A DNA stretch of 39,952 bases from a virus (Duplodnaviria; Caudoviricetes): positions 1 to 39,952 of IMG/VR virus record IMGVR_UViG_3300037047_000031. One strand, 5' to 3'. The notes beneath the pieces are model-generated. The model ran no database searches, was not told the origin of the DNA, and worked only from the letters and a program-made list of their open reading frames with translations. A program made the position numbers and the translations under genes. Shown piece by piece: positions 8,140 to 17,253 of the stretch. The first letter of the stretch is position 1. Every line of letters begins with the position of its first letter.

Positions 8140-9155
8140 CTGATCCTCCGGCAGTCGATGGAAGTGGTGTAGCCCTGGCCCCGCGTGATCGAGTGCGTGC
8201 TTTGCGTGATCTGGTATTTTCCGTCCATCGCGTACCAGCCCTCAAGGGCAATGTTCGTTCCAGCAGTCAGGTCCACCGCGCCCATCATCGATAGCGTGCA
8301 AGTGGTCTGGTCTTCGTTCGCCCGCTCCAGTGCCGCGTCCGCCTTGAGCTGGGCCTGCGCCGGGTTTTCCGCTCGGATGTTGATCTTGCGGGTGTCGTTG
8401 CTGTGGCGCCGGGTGCGAATCTCGTCGCCCGAGTCCTTCGCCTCTCCCGTGTAGGTCTGCTTGGTCACAGGGTCGTGGTAAGTCACAGCCGCGCTCTCCA
8501 CCACCGTCGTGATCTTGTCCTGAAAGCGCCAGCTCGCCACGTCCTCGCGCCTCAACGTGCGGCGCGGCTCCCGGGCCTTCAGGTCCGAGCGCTTGTACAT
8601 CATCAGCTTGCCGTCGCGCACGGTGAACGCGTGGCCATACTCGTCGGCCAGGCGGCGAAGGAACGGCAGATCCCGCTCCTGTGCCTGTGTCACGCGAATC
8701 AATTCCACCTCGGCAATCTCGCCTTCCAGCTTCAGACCATTGCGCGCGGCCACCTGGCCCGCAATGTCGGCCAGTGTGGTCTCGTCGTAGGCCACCGCGC
8801 TTGCCGTGCGCAGCTGATGCTCTGTGCCCGCAGCGAGGCCCTTGATCGACACCGAGTCGGGTGGCCCGTTCACCGCCACCTCGTCAATCTGGAACTCTCC
8901 GCAAGGCAACCATTGCCCGCGCAGATAGCCCTTCTCGTACCCAATGCTGGCGATCATCACGTCGCCGTGTGTTGGGTACCACGGCCCCTGCAGCTTGCCC
9001 TCCACATCCTCAAGCTCCACCTCCAGCGTGTCGCTCTGACCTTCCAGGTAATCCGTGTAGGTCAGGCTCAGCAGGGTTTTCTGGACGTAGTCCGCCATCC
9101 GGACACCGGCCAGCACCAGCACCACAGACGGTTGCAAAACTTCAAGGTTTGCCAT
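8136..9155 (-). CDS. Baseplate hub, late control D (P2 gpD/Mu gp44) family
   Basis: YTDYLEGQSDTLE and Q-x-x-E-x-D-L-x-FL-x-RLA motifs. Confidence 0.9.
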   Translation of the reverse strand: MANLEVLQPSVVLVLAGVRMADYVQKTLLSLTYTDYLEGQSDTLEVELEDVEGKLQGPWYPTHGDVMIASIGYEKGYLRGQWLPCGEFQIDEVAVNGPPDSVSIKGLAAGTEHQLRTASAVAYDETTLADIAGQVAARNGLKLEGEIAEVELIRVTQAQERDLPFLRRLADEYGHAFTVRDGKLMMYKRSDLKAREPRRTLRREDVASWRFQDKITTVVESAAVTYHDPVTKQTYTGEAKDSGDEIRTRRHSNDTRKINIRAENPAQAQLKADAALERANEDQTTCTLSMMGAVDLTAGTNIALEGWYAMDGKYQITQSTHSITRGQGYTTSIDCRRIR

Positions 9156-9173
9156 TGTGAAAACCCCTTGCGC

Positions 9174-9404
9174 TCAGCGCTTCCAGGGCGGCAGGTTGCT
9201 GGTGTCGCGCTGCACCGTTTGCTCGGCCACCGTCAGCAGCGGCACCAGCACCGTCACGCCCGAGGGCAACACCGGCACGATGTTGATCGCCGGGTTCGCT
9301 TCGATGATCCGGCCGTAGGCAAACGGGTTGCCGTAGTAGCGCCAGGACAGCGTGTCCCAGCGCTCGCCCTCGACCACCGTGTGTTTCAGCGCCTTGATCT
9401 TCAT
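9174..9404 (-). CDS. Tail protein X (P2 gpX, LysM-like)
   Basis: GERWDTLSWRYYG...IIEANP...LPPWKR. The start overlaps the gpU stop. Confidence 0.9.
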   Translation of the reverse strand: MKIKALKHTVVEGERWDTLSWRYYGNPFAYGRIIEANPAINIVPVLPSGVTVLVPLLTVAEQTVQRDTSNLPPWKR

Positions 9405-9955
9405 AATGTGTCCGCGCTCAGCGCCTCGCCCCCGCGCACCACCGTCGCATCGCTCCCGCGCGGCGTCGGCTCCGCGCTCACCGTTCCGCTCGGTCCCGTC
9501 TCGGCCCCGCTGGCGCCCACCCGCATCGCCGCCATCGGCGTGCCGCTCGCAGCCTCCTCGGTGCTCTTGCCGTCCTCGGTGTACTCGCGCAGGCTGATCG
9601 ACACATCGGCCACGATCACCGTGCCGTCGCGCATCGTCTGCACTGTGCGCTGTTCCACCGCCGTGATCACGAACATGCCCACGATGTGGCCGTTCGAGAA
9701 ATACAGCTGCAACGCCTCGTGCTTGCGCTCCGCGTCGCGCAGCTTCGCCAGCTCTACCTCCGGCGTGCAGAACTGTGCGTGCAGCGTGGCCGTAATTTGC
9801 ACCTCGTCGAGCTTGTCGCCCACCCACTGCAAGCGCGGCTTCTGGCCCACCTTCGCGTGCTCGGCGAAGTCCGCCTGGATCACGACATCGAAGCCCTCCA
9901 TGTAGGTGGGCAGCTCCAGCGGGATGTCTCCCAGATAAGCGTGAGGCATGCCCAT
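9401..9955 (-). CDS. P2 gpU-like tail tube initiator
   Basis: AEHAKVGQKPRLQWVG and L-R-E-Y motifs. Follows the tape measure. Confidence 0.88.
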   Translation of the reverse strand: MGMPHAYLGDIPLELPTYMEGFDVVIQADFAEHAKVGQKPRLQWVGDKLDEVQITATLHAQFCTPEVELAKLRDAERKHEALQLYFSNGHIVGMFVITAVEQRTVQTMRDGTVIVADVSISLREYTEDGKSTEEAASGTPMAAMRVGASGAETGPSGTVSAEPTPRGSDATVVRGGEALSADTL

Positions 9956-9957
9956 GG

Positions 9958-12162
9958 TCAGTACCCCCGGCGCGCGCGCTCGTCGAGCACCCGGTTGAGC
10001 GTTTGCTCAAACTCGCGCAGGCTCATCTTCATCGCGCCCTGCACCTGCGGCACCACCTCCGCAGCGCTCCCGCCCTGCACCGTGATGTTTGGAGAGAAGT
10101 GCACCACCATGCCGCCGCCGCCAGCGCCTTGAGCAACCGGGCGAGGCCCGGCGCTGCCCGCCGCTGCCGTGGCCGCCATGCCAACACTCAAGGCCACGGT
10201 CCCCACCGCGCCCAAAGCCGCACCACGCGCGACCTGCGCCAGGCGCCCACTCGCCTGCGCCACCTTGGCCACCGAACCCAGAATCCCCAACTGCGCGCCC
10301 GCGCCGATGTCGCCGCCGAAGCCCATGAAAACGCGGCTCGGGCTCTTGATGCCCAGCGTGTCGGCAAACCAGCCCTTGATGCTTCGGCCCAACCCCATGA
10401 CCGCCGCCTTGGCCGCGCCCAGCTTGGCCGTGATGCCGTTGACCAGGCCAGCGAGCAACATACCGCCGAAGTCCGTGAATTTGGCGGGCAGGTCAATGCC
10501 AAACCAGGCCAACACCGGGCGCAGCGCCTTGTAGAACAAGCCCAGCGGGCTCCAGTCCAGAATCAGCCGGGCAATGCCGCCCACGCCACCCGCTGCGGCT
10601 GCGCGCATCTCGGCCCACACGCCCTTGAAGAACCCCGACACACGACCCCAGTTGCGGTAGATCAGATAGGCGCCCAGTGCAATCGCCGTGATCGCCAGGC
10701 CAATGGGGTTCAACAGGAGCGCGCGCCCCAGCACCAGCACCGCCCGACCCACCAGCGACAGCGCAGACAGCAGCGGCCCGCGCGCCAGCACCGCCAGCCG
10801 CGTGAGCACACTCCAGAGTCCACCCGCCATCGAGCGCAGCGCGCCAAACACGGTCAGCGCCAGCTTGCCAGCTCCACCCGCCGCCGTCAGCGCCATGTGA
10901 AACCGCAGCACCACGCTCGCGGCCAGCATCAAGGTGGCCGCCAACCCCATCAGCGGCGACAGCACCGCCGCCAGGCCCAACAAAGCCACCACCCCCATCG
11001 CAACGCGCGGGTTCTCTTTCACGAAGGCCGACACCCCGCGCACCATATCCATCATCGGCCCCTTGATCGCCTTTAGCGCCGCCAACAACGGCCCGCCCAA
11101 CTCCAGCTTGAGATCCTCCATGGCCTGCGCAAACAACTGCCACTGCTGGCCTGTACCCTGCTCAATGAGCGCCTGCGCCCGCGCCGCTGCGCCCGCGCTG
11201 TCGGCCACATCGCGCTGCGCCTTGTTCAGATCGCCCAGGCTTTTGCCCAGCAAGATAACCGCCCGCTGCCCCTCATCACCAAAAGCCTTCTGCATTGCCG
11301 CCTGGGCCTTCGGCGACAGCCGCGAGAAATCCCCCACCCGCCGCTGAATGTTCGCCAGCGTAGCCACAAAGTCCATGCCGCCATCGGCGTTGCGCGCAAT
11401 GGCAAAGCCCAGGTCCTTGCTCGCCTTGTCCATCTGGCGCAGCGCGGCGCTGAATGCAGTGCCCGCCATGGAGCCCTGCATACCCGCCGTGTTGAGCTGG
11501 CCGATAACCGCCGAAAGCTGTGTGAACTCCACGCGCGCGGCCAGTGCCGATGGGATCGCGTATTTCAGGCCCTCGCCGAGCTGCCCCATGTCCGCAATCT
11601 GGAACATCTGTTGCGTCTTCGCCAGCACATCGCCCATGCGCCCAATCTCCTGAGTCGCGTCGCGGGTCTTGTCGCCCATGTTGTTGTAGGCCACCGCGAT
11701 CAGGTTCGCGGTAGAGGCCGCGTCGCCGCGCGCGGCCTTGGCCACCCGCAGCGCCGTCTCGGTAGCCGCCTGCGCCGCCTGCACATTCAGGCCCGCGCTG
11801 AGCATCTGGTAGCTCGCATCCAGGTAAGAGGCGGTGGAGTCCGCGTGCACCAGGCTCCAGGCCCGCGAAGCGCTGCCCAGGCCGCGCACCGCCTCTTCTG
11901 AAATCCCCGGCATCGAGCGCAGCAGCGCCAGATTGTCGTCAAACGCCCGGCTCACCTGCGCGATCCCCGCCAGAGCGCTGCCCGCCGCCGACGAGACGCC
12001 GCGCAGGGCCACCGAAGCTGCAGCAAACCCCGCACCCATCTTTGCCAGGTTGCGGCTGGCCTTGTCCATGCCCTTGATCCGCTCCTCCACCGATTTCAGT
12101 GGCCCGCTGAGCTGATCCTTCATGGTCAGCAGCAGCGAGACCGCCAGCGTGCTTGTGCTCAT
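9958..12162 (-). CDS. Tail tape measure protein
   Basis: 734 aa, Ala/Gly-rich, with a TP901-like core (GSMAGTA), NPIG...YLIYRNW and LGIKSPSRVF. Confidence 0.95.
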   Translation of the reverse strand: MSTSTLAVSLLLTMKDQLSGPLKSVEERIKGMDKASRNLAKMGAGFAAASVALRGVSSAAGSALAGIAQVSRAFDDNLALLRSMPGISEEAVRGLGSASRAWSLVHADSTASYLDASYQMLSAGLNVQAAQAATETALRVAKAARGDAASTANLIAVAYNNMGDKTRDATQEIGRMGDVLAKTQQMFQIADMGQLGEGLKYAIPSALAARVEFTQLSAVIGQLNTAGMQGSMAGTAFSAALRQMDKASKDLGFAIARNADGGMDFVATLANIQRRVGDFSRLSPKAQAAMQKAFGDEGQRAVILLGKSLGDLNKAQRDVADSAGAAARAQALIEQGTGQQWQLFAQAMEDLKLELGGPLLAALKAIKGPMMDMVRGVSAFVKENPRVAMGVVALLGLAAVLSPLMGLAATLMLAASVVLRFHMALTAAGGAGKLALTVFGALRSMAGGLWSVLTRLAVLARGPLLSALSLVGRAVLVLGRALLLNPIGLAITAIALGAYLIYRNWGRVSGFFKGVWAEMRAAAAGGVGGIARLILDWSPLGLFYKALRPVLAWFGIDLPAKFTDFGGMLLAGLVNGITAKLGAAKAAVMGLGRSIKGWFADTLGIKSPSRVFMGFGGDIGAGAQLGILGSVAKVAQASGRLAQVARGAALGAVGTVALSVGMAATAAAGSAGPRPVAQGAGGGGMVVHFSPNITVQGGSAAEVVPQVQGAMKMSLREFEQTLNRVLDERARRGY

Positions 12163-12174
12163 ATACTGCGCCTC

Positions 12175-12369
12175 ATGAAACTTGCTTTCGTCCTGCTGTT
12201 CACCCTGCTGTTGCTCATCGCTGCGCCCATGGCCTGGCTCAGTGGCGAATGGCTGGCCGTGGGCGCCGCGTTGCTCATCGTCTTCGGGATCGCCGCCATC
12301 GCCCTCGGCGTGAGCTCCTGGGCGATTGATGAAGCCCTCAAAGCCGCCGCGCCCCTGCTGCGCCGCTGA
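12175..12369 (+). CDS. Small two-TM membrane protein (moron-like), opposite strand
   Basis: Exactly fills the gap between the gpE' stop and the tape measure start. TATACT lies 7 nt upstream of the ATG. Confidence 0.65.
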   Translation: MKLAFVLLFTLLLLIAAPMAWLSGEWLAVGAALLIVFGIAAIALGVSSWAIDEALKAAAPLLRR

Positions 12370-12528
12370 TCACTCCGACGCCGCTTGCAGCCGGTTCCAA
12401 AGCGCCACTGAATCCGCGCACCAGGCCTGCAACTCATCCACCGCCAGCGCCATCACCTCCGACATCGGCCAGCCGCTGACGTGGCACAACATCAGGATGT
12501 CTTGCCGCCCTGGGATGCCCCGTTTCCC
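12370..12528 (-). CDS. gpE'/GT-like frameshift extension of the tail assembly chaperone
   Basis: The -1 frame after G GGA AAC encodes ...GWPMSEVMALAVDELQAW, the P2 gpE'-type motif. Confidence 0.75.
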   Translation of the reverse strand, partial: GKRGIPGRQDILMLCHVSGWPMSEVMALAVDELQAWCADSVALWNRLQAASE

Positions 12529-12770
12529 AGTTGCTCGCTGGCCAGGCTGATCGCCATCATGCAATCGGCCAGCGGCCAATCCATGAACGCCTCAAACACC
12601 AGCGGCTGGCCGTCCACCCGCACCAGCAAACTCGCCAGCGCAGCGGCCAGCTTGTTTTCGTCGCCATCGGCCAGGCGCTGCGCCTGCTGCAGCGTCCAGC
12701 CCGTTCCTTGCACGATGTCCACCGGCTGGCCATCGCTGTTCGTGAAGCTCTTGAGTACCTTGTCAGCCAT
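12492..12770 (-). CDS. Tail assembly chaperone (gpE/gp41-like)
   Basis: Lies between tube and tape measure and ends just after a slippery site. Confidence 0.8.
   Translation of the reverse strand: MADKVLKSFTNSDGQPVDIVQGTGWTLQQAQRLADGDENKLAAALASLLVRVDGQPLVFEAFMDWPLADCMMAISLASEQLGNGASQGGKTS
12522..12528 (-). other. -1 ribosomal slippery site GGGAAAC
   Basis: X XXY YYZ heptamer in the correct phase (CTG GGA AAC) joining the two chaperone ORFs. Confidence 0.75.
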
Positions 12771-12773
12771 TGC

Positions 12774-13298
12774 TTAACCCCCCTGGTTCGCGCGGAACAG
12801 GTCCAGCTTGTCCACGCCGCCCACCTTGTAGATGTTGGCGAGCACGTCGAGCTCAACGATGTCCTTCCCCGCCAGCTGCTGGCGGATGTAGTAGGCCGCG
12901 AAGCCCGAGCTGAACTCGGCGTTGTCGTTCTGCTTGAACGAGCCCAGCGGGTTTTTCTTGAACAGCGCCGTGATGAAGGTCACCAGCGGCAGCTGCTCGG
13001 TGCGCCCGCCCGCGCCCCAGGTCTCCACGCTGCTGCGGATCTGCAGCGGCACCATGGTGAAGAAGTCGCCCATGGTCGCGGCCACGTCAGGGTAGAAGCT
13101 GTTCCACTTGACCTCGCCATCGAGCTTGTCGAACCCGGAGGGCAGTTCGATTTTGGCGATCATGCCCATGGCCTTGTGCTCGGTCATCAGCGAGGTGATG
13201 TCGGGCAGCTTGACCTCTTCGGCCTTGCCGAGCATCGAGTTGCCGTTGATGTAGATGGCTGCGTTCGTCACGCGCCGAAGTTGAATGCTGGTTGCCAT
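12774..13298 (-). CDS. Major tail tube protein (P2 FII type)
   Basis: Follows the sheath. EEVKLP...ELDVLANIYKVGGVD pattern. Confidence 0.92.
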   Translation of the reverse strand: MATSIQLRRVTNAAIYINGNSMLGKAEEVKLPDITSLMTEHKAMGMIAKIELPSGFDKLDGEVKWNSFYPDVAATMGDFFTMVPLQIRSSVETWGAGGRTEQLPLVTFITALFKKNPLGSFKQNDNAEFSSGFAAYYIRQQLAGKDIVELDVLANIYKVGGVDKLDLFRANQGG

Positions 13299-13328
13299 GT
13301 TGGATGCTCCTGGTGGTCAGTGTTGCGG

Positions 13329-14540
13329 TCAGGCCTGGCGCGTGGCCACGAGCTGGCGCAGGTACTCGGTGTTGATGCGCGACTGGTAGCTCACGCGCTC
13401 CAGCGGCGAGTAGGGCGCGAAGTCGTAGCTCGGCAGCAGGTGCCCCGCGCTCAGCGTCTCGGGCGTGTTCAGCTCCGCGTCCAGCCAGACGTTGCCGTCC
13501 TGGATCGCGCCGTTCGCGGCCTGGTGGCGCAGGAAGCGGCGCCCCGTTTCAAGGATGTCGTCAATGCGCGCGTTGTCCAGCGGCTGGTCGATGAACTGCA
13601 GCGTCGCCAGCTCCAGGCTCTCGGCGATGATGTCCGCCGTGCGCCGCACGTTCAAGAAGTTTTTCTGGTGCGAAACAGTCGGCCATGCCGCGCTGCGGTT
13701 GCCCCAGCCCCGGATGCCGGTGCCGAAGCTGTTGGCCACCGTGATGATCCCCGCCTCGTTCAGCAGGTTGGCTTCGCAGTTCGGATCGTTCAGGCTGAAC
13801 TCAATCGGCCGCTCCACGCCCGTGATGCCCAGCAGCTCGATGTTCGAGCCCGACCACCAGTAACCGTTGTCCTGGTCGCGGCGGCTCCAGGCGCCCGCCA
13901 CCAGCGTGGAGAGCGGGCCCAGCACCTCGGCCTCGGCCACCGTGTCGTAGTACTTGACGTGCGGGTAGCACAGGCCCACGCGGTCGCTGCTGGTGTTGAA
14001 GTTGATCGCCCCGGCCGGGCCGCGCCCTGTGATCGCCTGCGCGGGCGTCACGCCAATGGGTGCATCCACAAACGCTACCGCGCGCATCGCCTCGGCCTGC
14101 ACGATCAGGTTCGCCGACACCGCGCTCAGGCTGGAGAAGCCCGGTGCAATCAAGATCTTCGGCGAGAAGCCGAACTGCTGGTACGCATCGCGCCAGCCAT
14201 ACATGCCCGTGCGCGCGCCGGTCACCGGGTCAACCCCGCCGATGATCTGCGCTGGCGTCACGGTGTCGATGTCAGCGCCCTCGGCGGCCGGGTCGTACAC
14301 GTTGCGCACGATCACCACCGTGGGCTTCTGGTCAAACAGGCGCTTGAGCTCGCGGGCAATCGTGCCCTCGGTGCCGAACTGGGCGATGTCGCCGTACTTC
14401 GTCACGAGCACGTTTTGATTGATGGGGCCGGATCCGGCCGTGCCGACCAGGCCGACCACGCTGGACTTGACCAGGCGGACAGGGCGCGGGCCATCGTTGA
14501 TCTCGATGGTCTCGACCCCGTGAAGAAAGTTTGCAGCCAT
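13329..14540 (-). CDS. Tail sheath protein (P2 FI type)
   Basis: FLHGVE N-terminus, PKILIAPG, WGNRS and NVRRTAD motifs. Confidence 0.95.
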   Translation of the reverse strand: MAANFLHGVETIEINDGPRPVRLVKSSVVGLVGTAGSGPINQNVLVTKYGDIAQFGTEGTIARELKRLFDQKPTVVIVRNVYDPAAEGADIDTVTPAQIIGGVDPVTGARTGMYGWRDAYQQFGFSPKILIAPGFSSLSAVSANLIVQAEAMRAVAFVDAPIGVTPAQAITGRGPAGAINFNTSSDRVGLCYPHVKYYDTVAEAEVLGPLSTLVAGAWSRRDQDNGYWWSGSNIELLGITGVERPIEFSLNDPNCEANLLNEAGIITVANSFGTGIRGWGNRSAAWPTVSHQKNFLNVRRTADIIAESLELATLQFIDQPLDNARIDDILETGRRFLRHQAANGAIQDGNVWLDAELNTPETLSAGHLLPSYDFAPYSPLERVSYQSRINTEYLRQLVATRQA

Positions 14541-14543
14541 GGG

Positions 14544-14768
14544 TTACTCCTTTGCGGCTTTGGTGGATTTCGGGGCGGGCTTCTCGGCGGGCGCAGGTGC
14601 CTGCTCGGCAACCTCCACCAGGTAGCCCTGGGCGGCCAGCGTGCGCACCGCCGCATTGCCATCGGGCAGGCGCACGGTCTTGCCCGCGCGCAGCAGCACA
14701 TCGGTGCTGGTCTCTTTGTCCTGCAGCGTGATGCCGCTGTCAGGGCCTCGATAGATGTACTTTTTCAT
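14544..14768 (-). CDS. Small pre-sheath protein (Mu gp38 position)
   Basis: RBS CAGGAG, start MKKYIYRGP, syntenic position. Confidence 0.65.
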   Translation of the reverse strand: MKKYIYRGPDSGITLQDKETSTDVLLRAGKTVRLPDGNAAVRTLAAQGYLVEVAEQAPAPAEKPAPKSTKAAKE

Positions 14769-14781
14769 GTCGCTCCTGGGG

Positions 14782-15339
14782 TCAAACGGGTGGGAAAAAA
14801 TCAGCCGGGTGCTGCAGTTCAACGCCTGCCAGCGCCGGCAACTCCGAAGGGTCCAGCGCCGTGAAAGGCCCGGCCACCGCCGGCGGGACGATCACGCTCA
14901 CCATCGGCACCGTGAGCCGCATCGAATAGCCCCACACGCCGTCATTCGCGCCCGTGTAGGTCTCGCTGCGCACCGACACCGGCCCGGCCCCGCCAGGCGG
15001 CTCATAGCCCGCCAGCGCCTGGCGGCAGGCCTCCAGCAAGTCGTAGGCGCCGGTGCCCACATCGGGCGAGGATTCGTCGGGCTGGTGCGTGCGCAGGTTG
15101 CGGGCCAGCAGGCCCAGCTCAAACTCCGCCGCCCACGCCACCAGGCCCGTGCCCTCGGGGAACTTGCCGCCCCGGTACATCAGCAACACCGCGCCCACCG
15201 GGTGCGTCAGCCGATAGGCCTCGGGCTTGCCAGGCCAAGAGCGCAGCTCCACCACCGGGTGCGGCTGGCCCTCGCGCGTGAGCGCCGGGCGCAGCCGCTC
15301 CAGCAAAGCGTCTTCCGCGTAGTACACCTGGGCGGCCAT
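14782..15339 (-). CDS. Mu gp37-like tail terminator
   Basis: YRLTHPVGAVLLMY and GAYDLL motifs. Follows gp36. Confidence 0.8.
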   Translation of the reverse strand: MAAQVYYAEDALLERLRPALTREGQPHPVVELRSWPGKPEAYRLTHPVGAVLLMYRGGKFPEGTGLVAWAAEFELGLLARNLRTHQPDESSPDVGTGAYDLLEACRQALAGYEPPGGAGPVSVRSETYTGANDGVWGYSMRLTVPMVSVIVPPAVAGPFTALDPSELPALAGVELQHPADFFPPV

Positions 15340-15797
15340 CAGCGCTCGCTCCGGGCGAAGGGCGAATAAGGCGGCTCGGCCGGGATGTTGAACTCCACCG
15401 ATCCACCGCCCACGCCACCGGCAAACACCGGCACCAGCGCCGCGCCAGTCAGCTCGCGCGAGCCGTCCTTGAACGCTGCAAGCAGCTTGATCGCGTCCTC
15501 ATAGCGTCGCCGCGCGTCTTTGATGTCGTCGGCCGGACGCAGCGTCTGCAGCCGGTACACCACGATGTCCACCGCGCAGCGCAGCAGATCACCAGGCACC
15601 GGCAGCGGGAGCCCAGCAGAATCGATCAGAGGGAGGAGATACCGGCCAGCCAGGTAGCCGTCAATCTCGGCTTGCGCATCGTCGAGCGCGATCTGCAGGC
15701 GGGTCTCGTCAATCGCCTGCGCCGCAGCGTCCGACATCTGCCGCAGCTCAGCTTCGCTGATGCGGTCGCGCAGAGACTGAAGGGTGGCGTAGGTCAT
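15339..15797 (-). CDS. Mu gp36-like head-tail adaptor (DUF1320)
   Basis: MTYAT...AEIDGYLAGRYLLPL...RYEDAIKLL. Start chosen from the promoter spacing. Confidence 0.88.
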   Translation of the reverse strand: MTYATLQSLRDRISEAELRQMSDAAAQAIDETRLQIALDDAQAEIDGYLAGRYLLPLIDSAGLPLPVPGDLLRCAVDIVVYRLQTLRPADDIKDARRRYEDAIKLLAAFKDGSRELTGAALVPVFAGGVGGGSVEFNIPAEPPYSPFARSER

Positions 15798-15804
15798 GAC
15801 GCCC

Positions 15805-15849
15805 ATGGTGCCGAGGGGGCGCCATGGGCGACATTAAAACGGTTTATTG
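15805..15849 (-). promoter_or_regulatory. Late promoter for the gp36 operon, probably leaderless
   Basis: CAATAAACCGTTTTAAT-N22-CACCAT-N7-ATG. Confidence 0.7.
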
Positions 15850-15880
15850 ATTGACGGTCTGATAGACGCAGACCAGCGAA

Positions 15881-16303
15881 TCACTCCGGCACCTCATCAG
15901 GCTGTACCGGCGCGTCCAGAATCTGCATAGCACGCCCTGTGGCGAGCAATCCAACCGCTTCAAGTTGATTGACGCCTGCGCGGGTGTCTGCCCGATCAAG
16001 ATCGACGAACGCACCGGCCATGACATCCGTTTGACTTGCCCGTAGCCAGGCCGCCTGGAGGCGCTGTTCGGTGGGCGCTGTCGAAACATCAAGCTGAGCG
16101 AGCTCAATGGCCACCTTTTCGGTCGGAGTGAAGCGATTGCGGAATGCCAGCCTGGTGACCCGGCGCTGCGGCACTTGCGCGGGCTCGGGCACCACCGTAG
16201 GCAGTGGGTCCCCAGGCATGTAGACGAGGATAGACCCATCGGGCTGCGTGACTGCCCGGACTGCGTTCGACGGGATATCGAGGGGTGATGCGACGGTGAT
16301 CAT
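15881..16303 (-). CDS. Hypothetical protein, fibre-associated type
   Basis: VTRLAFRNRFT...VDLD...GLLATGRA pattern. Translationally coupled to the collagen-like gene. Confidence 0.7.
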   Translation of the reverse strand: MITVASPLDIPSNAVRAVTQPDGSILVYMPGDPLPTVVPEPAQVPQRRVTRLAFRNRFTPTEKVAIELAQLDVSTAPTEQRLQAAWLRASQTDVMAGAFVDLDRADTRAGVNQLEAVGLLATGRAMQILDAPVQPDEVPE

Positions 16304-17253
16304 GCGACCTCTAGCGAGAAAAATTCCAGCGTGGGGACCGCCGTTGGCGACCCGGCCTGCTGCTGCGTTGCTGACAAGTAAATAGTCGAGTCCATCGAGT
16401 CCACGGCGTACGAATCAAACAACAGTGCGTTGGTGCCGCTCGTCTGCCCGACCCAGGAGGTGGTTTGAATGTTCACCATCTGCCACTGAGAAAGCAGGGT
16501 GGGCGAATCGGGCACGTAAGCTTGTGCGTGCAATGACTGCCGATGAGTAGAAAGTACAGTCTGGTGTACGCCGATCTGAGCGTCGGCCACCGACCCCTCC
16601 GCGCCCAGTCGAAACCTGGCTGACCTAGATGCGCCGTCAGCGGCAGACCAAGAAGTTCTGGCGGTCGCGACCATCATCAAACAACCCGGCAGCACACCGC
16701 CCGGAATGGCGAGCGTCCGCTGTATTTGTTCATTCGTCGTGGTTACGCCTACTACCTCCGTGCGGCTCAAGTAGATAACTTGGCGGCCTGCAGGCCGCCA
16801 CCCGCTTGGACTACCGCTATCTCGCTTCCACGAGGTTCCAGGGACGCCGCCGGTGATCAAAGGTGCAAGCACCGTATAACTGCGCCCATCTGGGACGCCG
16901 GACAGCGCGATCAGGGACGCCCAATCTGAGACCTCATTTGCGGTGCCAGCTGGTCCCGCATCTCCGGTCTCTCCCTTGAGACTGAGCAGCCATGCCGCTT
17001 CGGAGCCCACGAATCCGCCAGCAACCGCGATCTCATAGGCCGACGCCCCGTCATTGCCGGCATCGCCCACATCTCCGGTCTCACCCTTGAGACTGAGCAG
17101 CCATGCGGCCTCAGAGCCCACGAATCCGCCAGCCACCGCCAGCTCGTAGGCCGACGCCCCGTCATTGCCTGCATCGCCAACACCTCCGGCCTCGCCCGGA
17201 TCGCCCTTGAAAAACGGCAGCAGATCGCTGGAGAGCTGCACGATGTTCGTCAT
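16300..17253 (-). CDS. Collagen-like repeat protein, possible head fibre
   Basis: G-x-x triplets and two GASAYExAVAGGFVGSEAAWLLSLKG units, followed by a beta-rich C-terminal domain. Confidence 0.75.
   Translation of the reverse strand: MTNIVQLSSDLLPFFKGDPGEAGGVGDAGNDGASAYELAVAGGFVGSEAAWLLSLKGETGDVGDAGNDGASAYEIAVAGGFVGSEAAWLLSLKGETGDAGPAGTANEVSDWASLIALSGVPDGRSYTVLAPLITGGVPGTSWKRDSGSPSGWRPAGRQVIYLSRTEVVGVTTTNEQIQRTLAIPGGVLPGCLMMVATARTSWSAADGASRSARFRLGAEGSVADAQIGVHQTVLSTHRQSLHAQAYVPDSPTLLSQWQMVNIQTTSWVGQTSGTNALLFDSYAVDSMDSTIYLSATQQQAGSPTAVPTLEFFSLEVA
16959..17187. repeat. Two tandem 111-bp (37-codon) units within the collagen-like gene
   Basis: cccttgagactgagcagccatgc begins at 16973 and 17084, and the rest of each unit aligns with few substitutions. 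Confidence 0.9.

Noticed and set aside
12531-14864. 777-aa + strand ORF, and similar long antisense ORFs (8403..9905, 24735..26342, 33423..35465, 35975..37186)
   Set aside because: These are shadow frames opposite well-supported genes, expected from high-GC codon bias. They have no recognisable motifs.
16959-17187. Tandem repeats as a CRISPR array or DGR template/variable pair
   Set aside because: They are in-frame coding repeats without spacers. No cas or reverse transcriptase gene is present and the differences are not adenine-specific.
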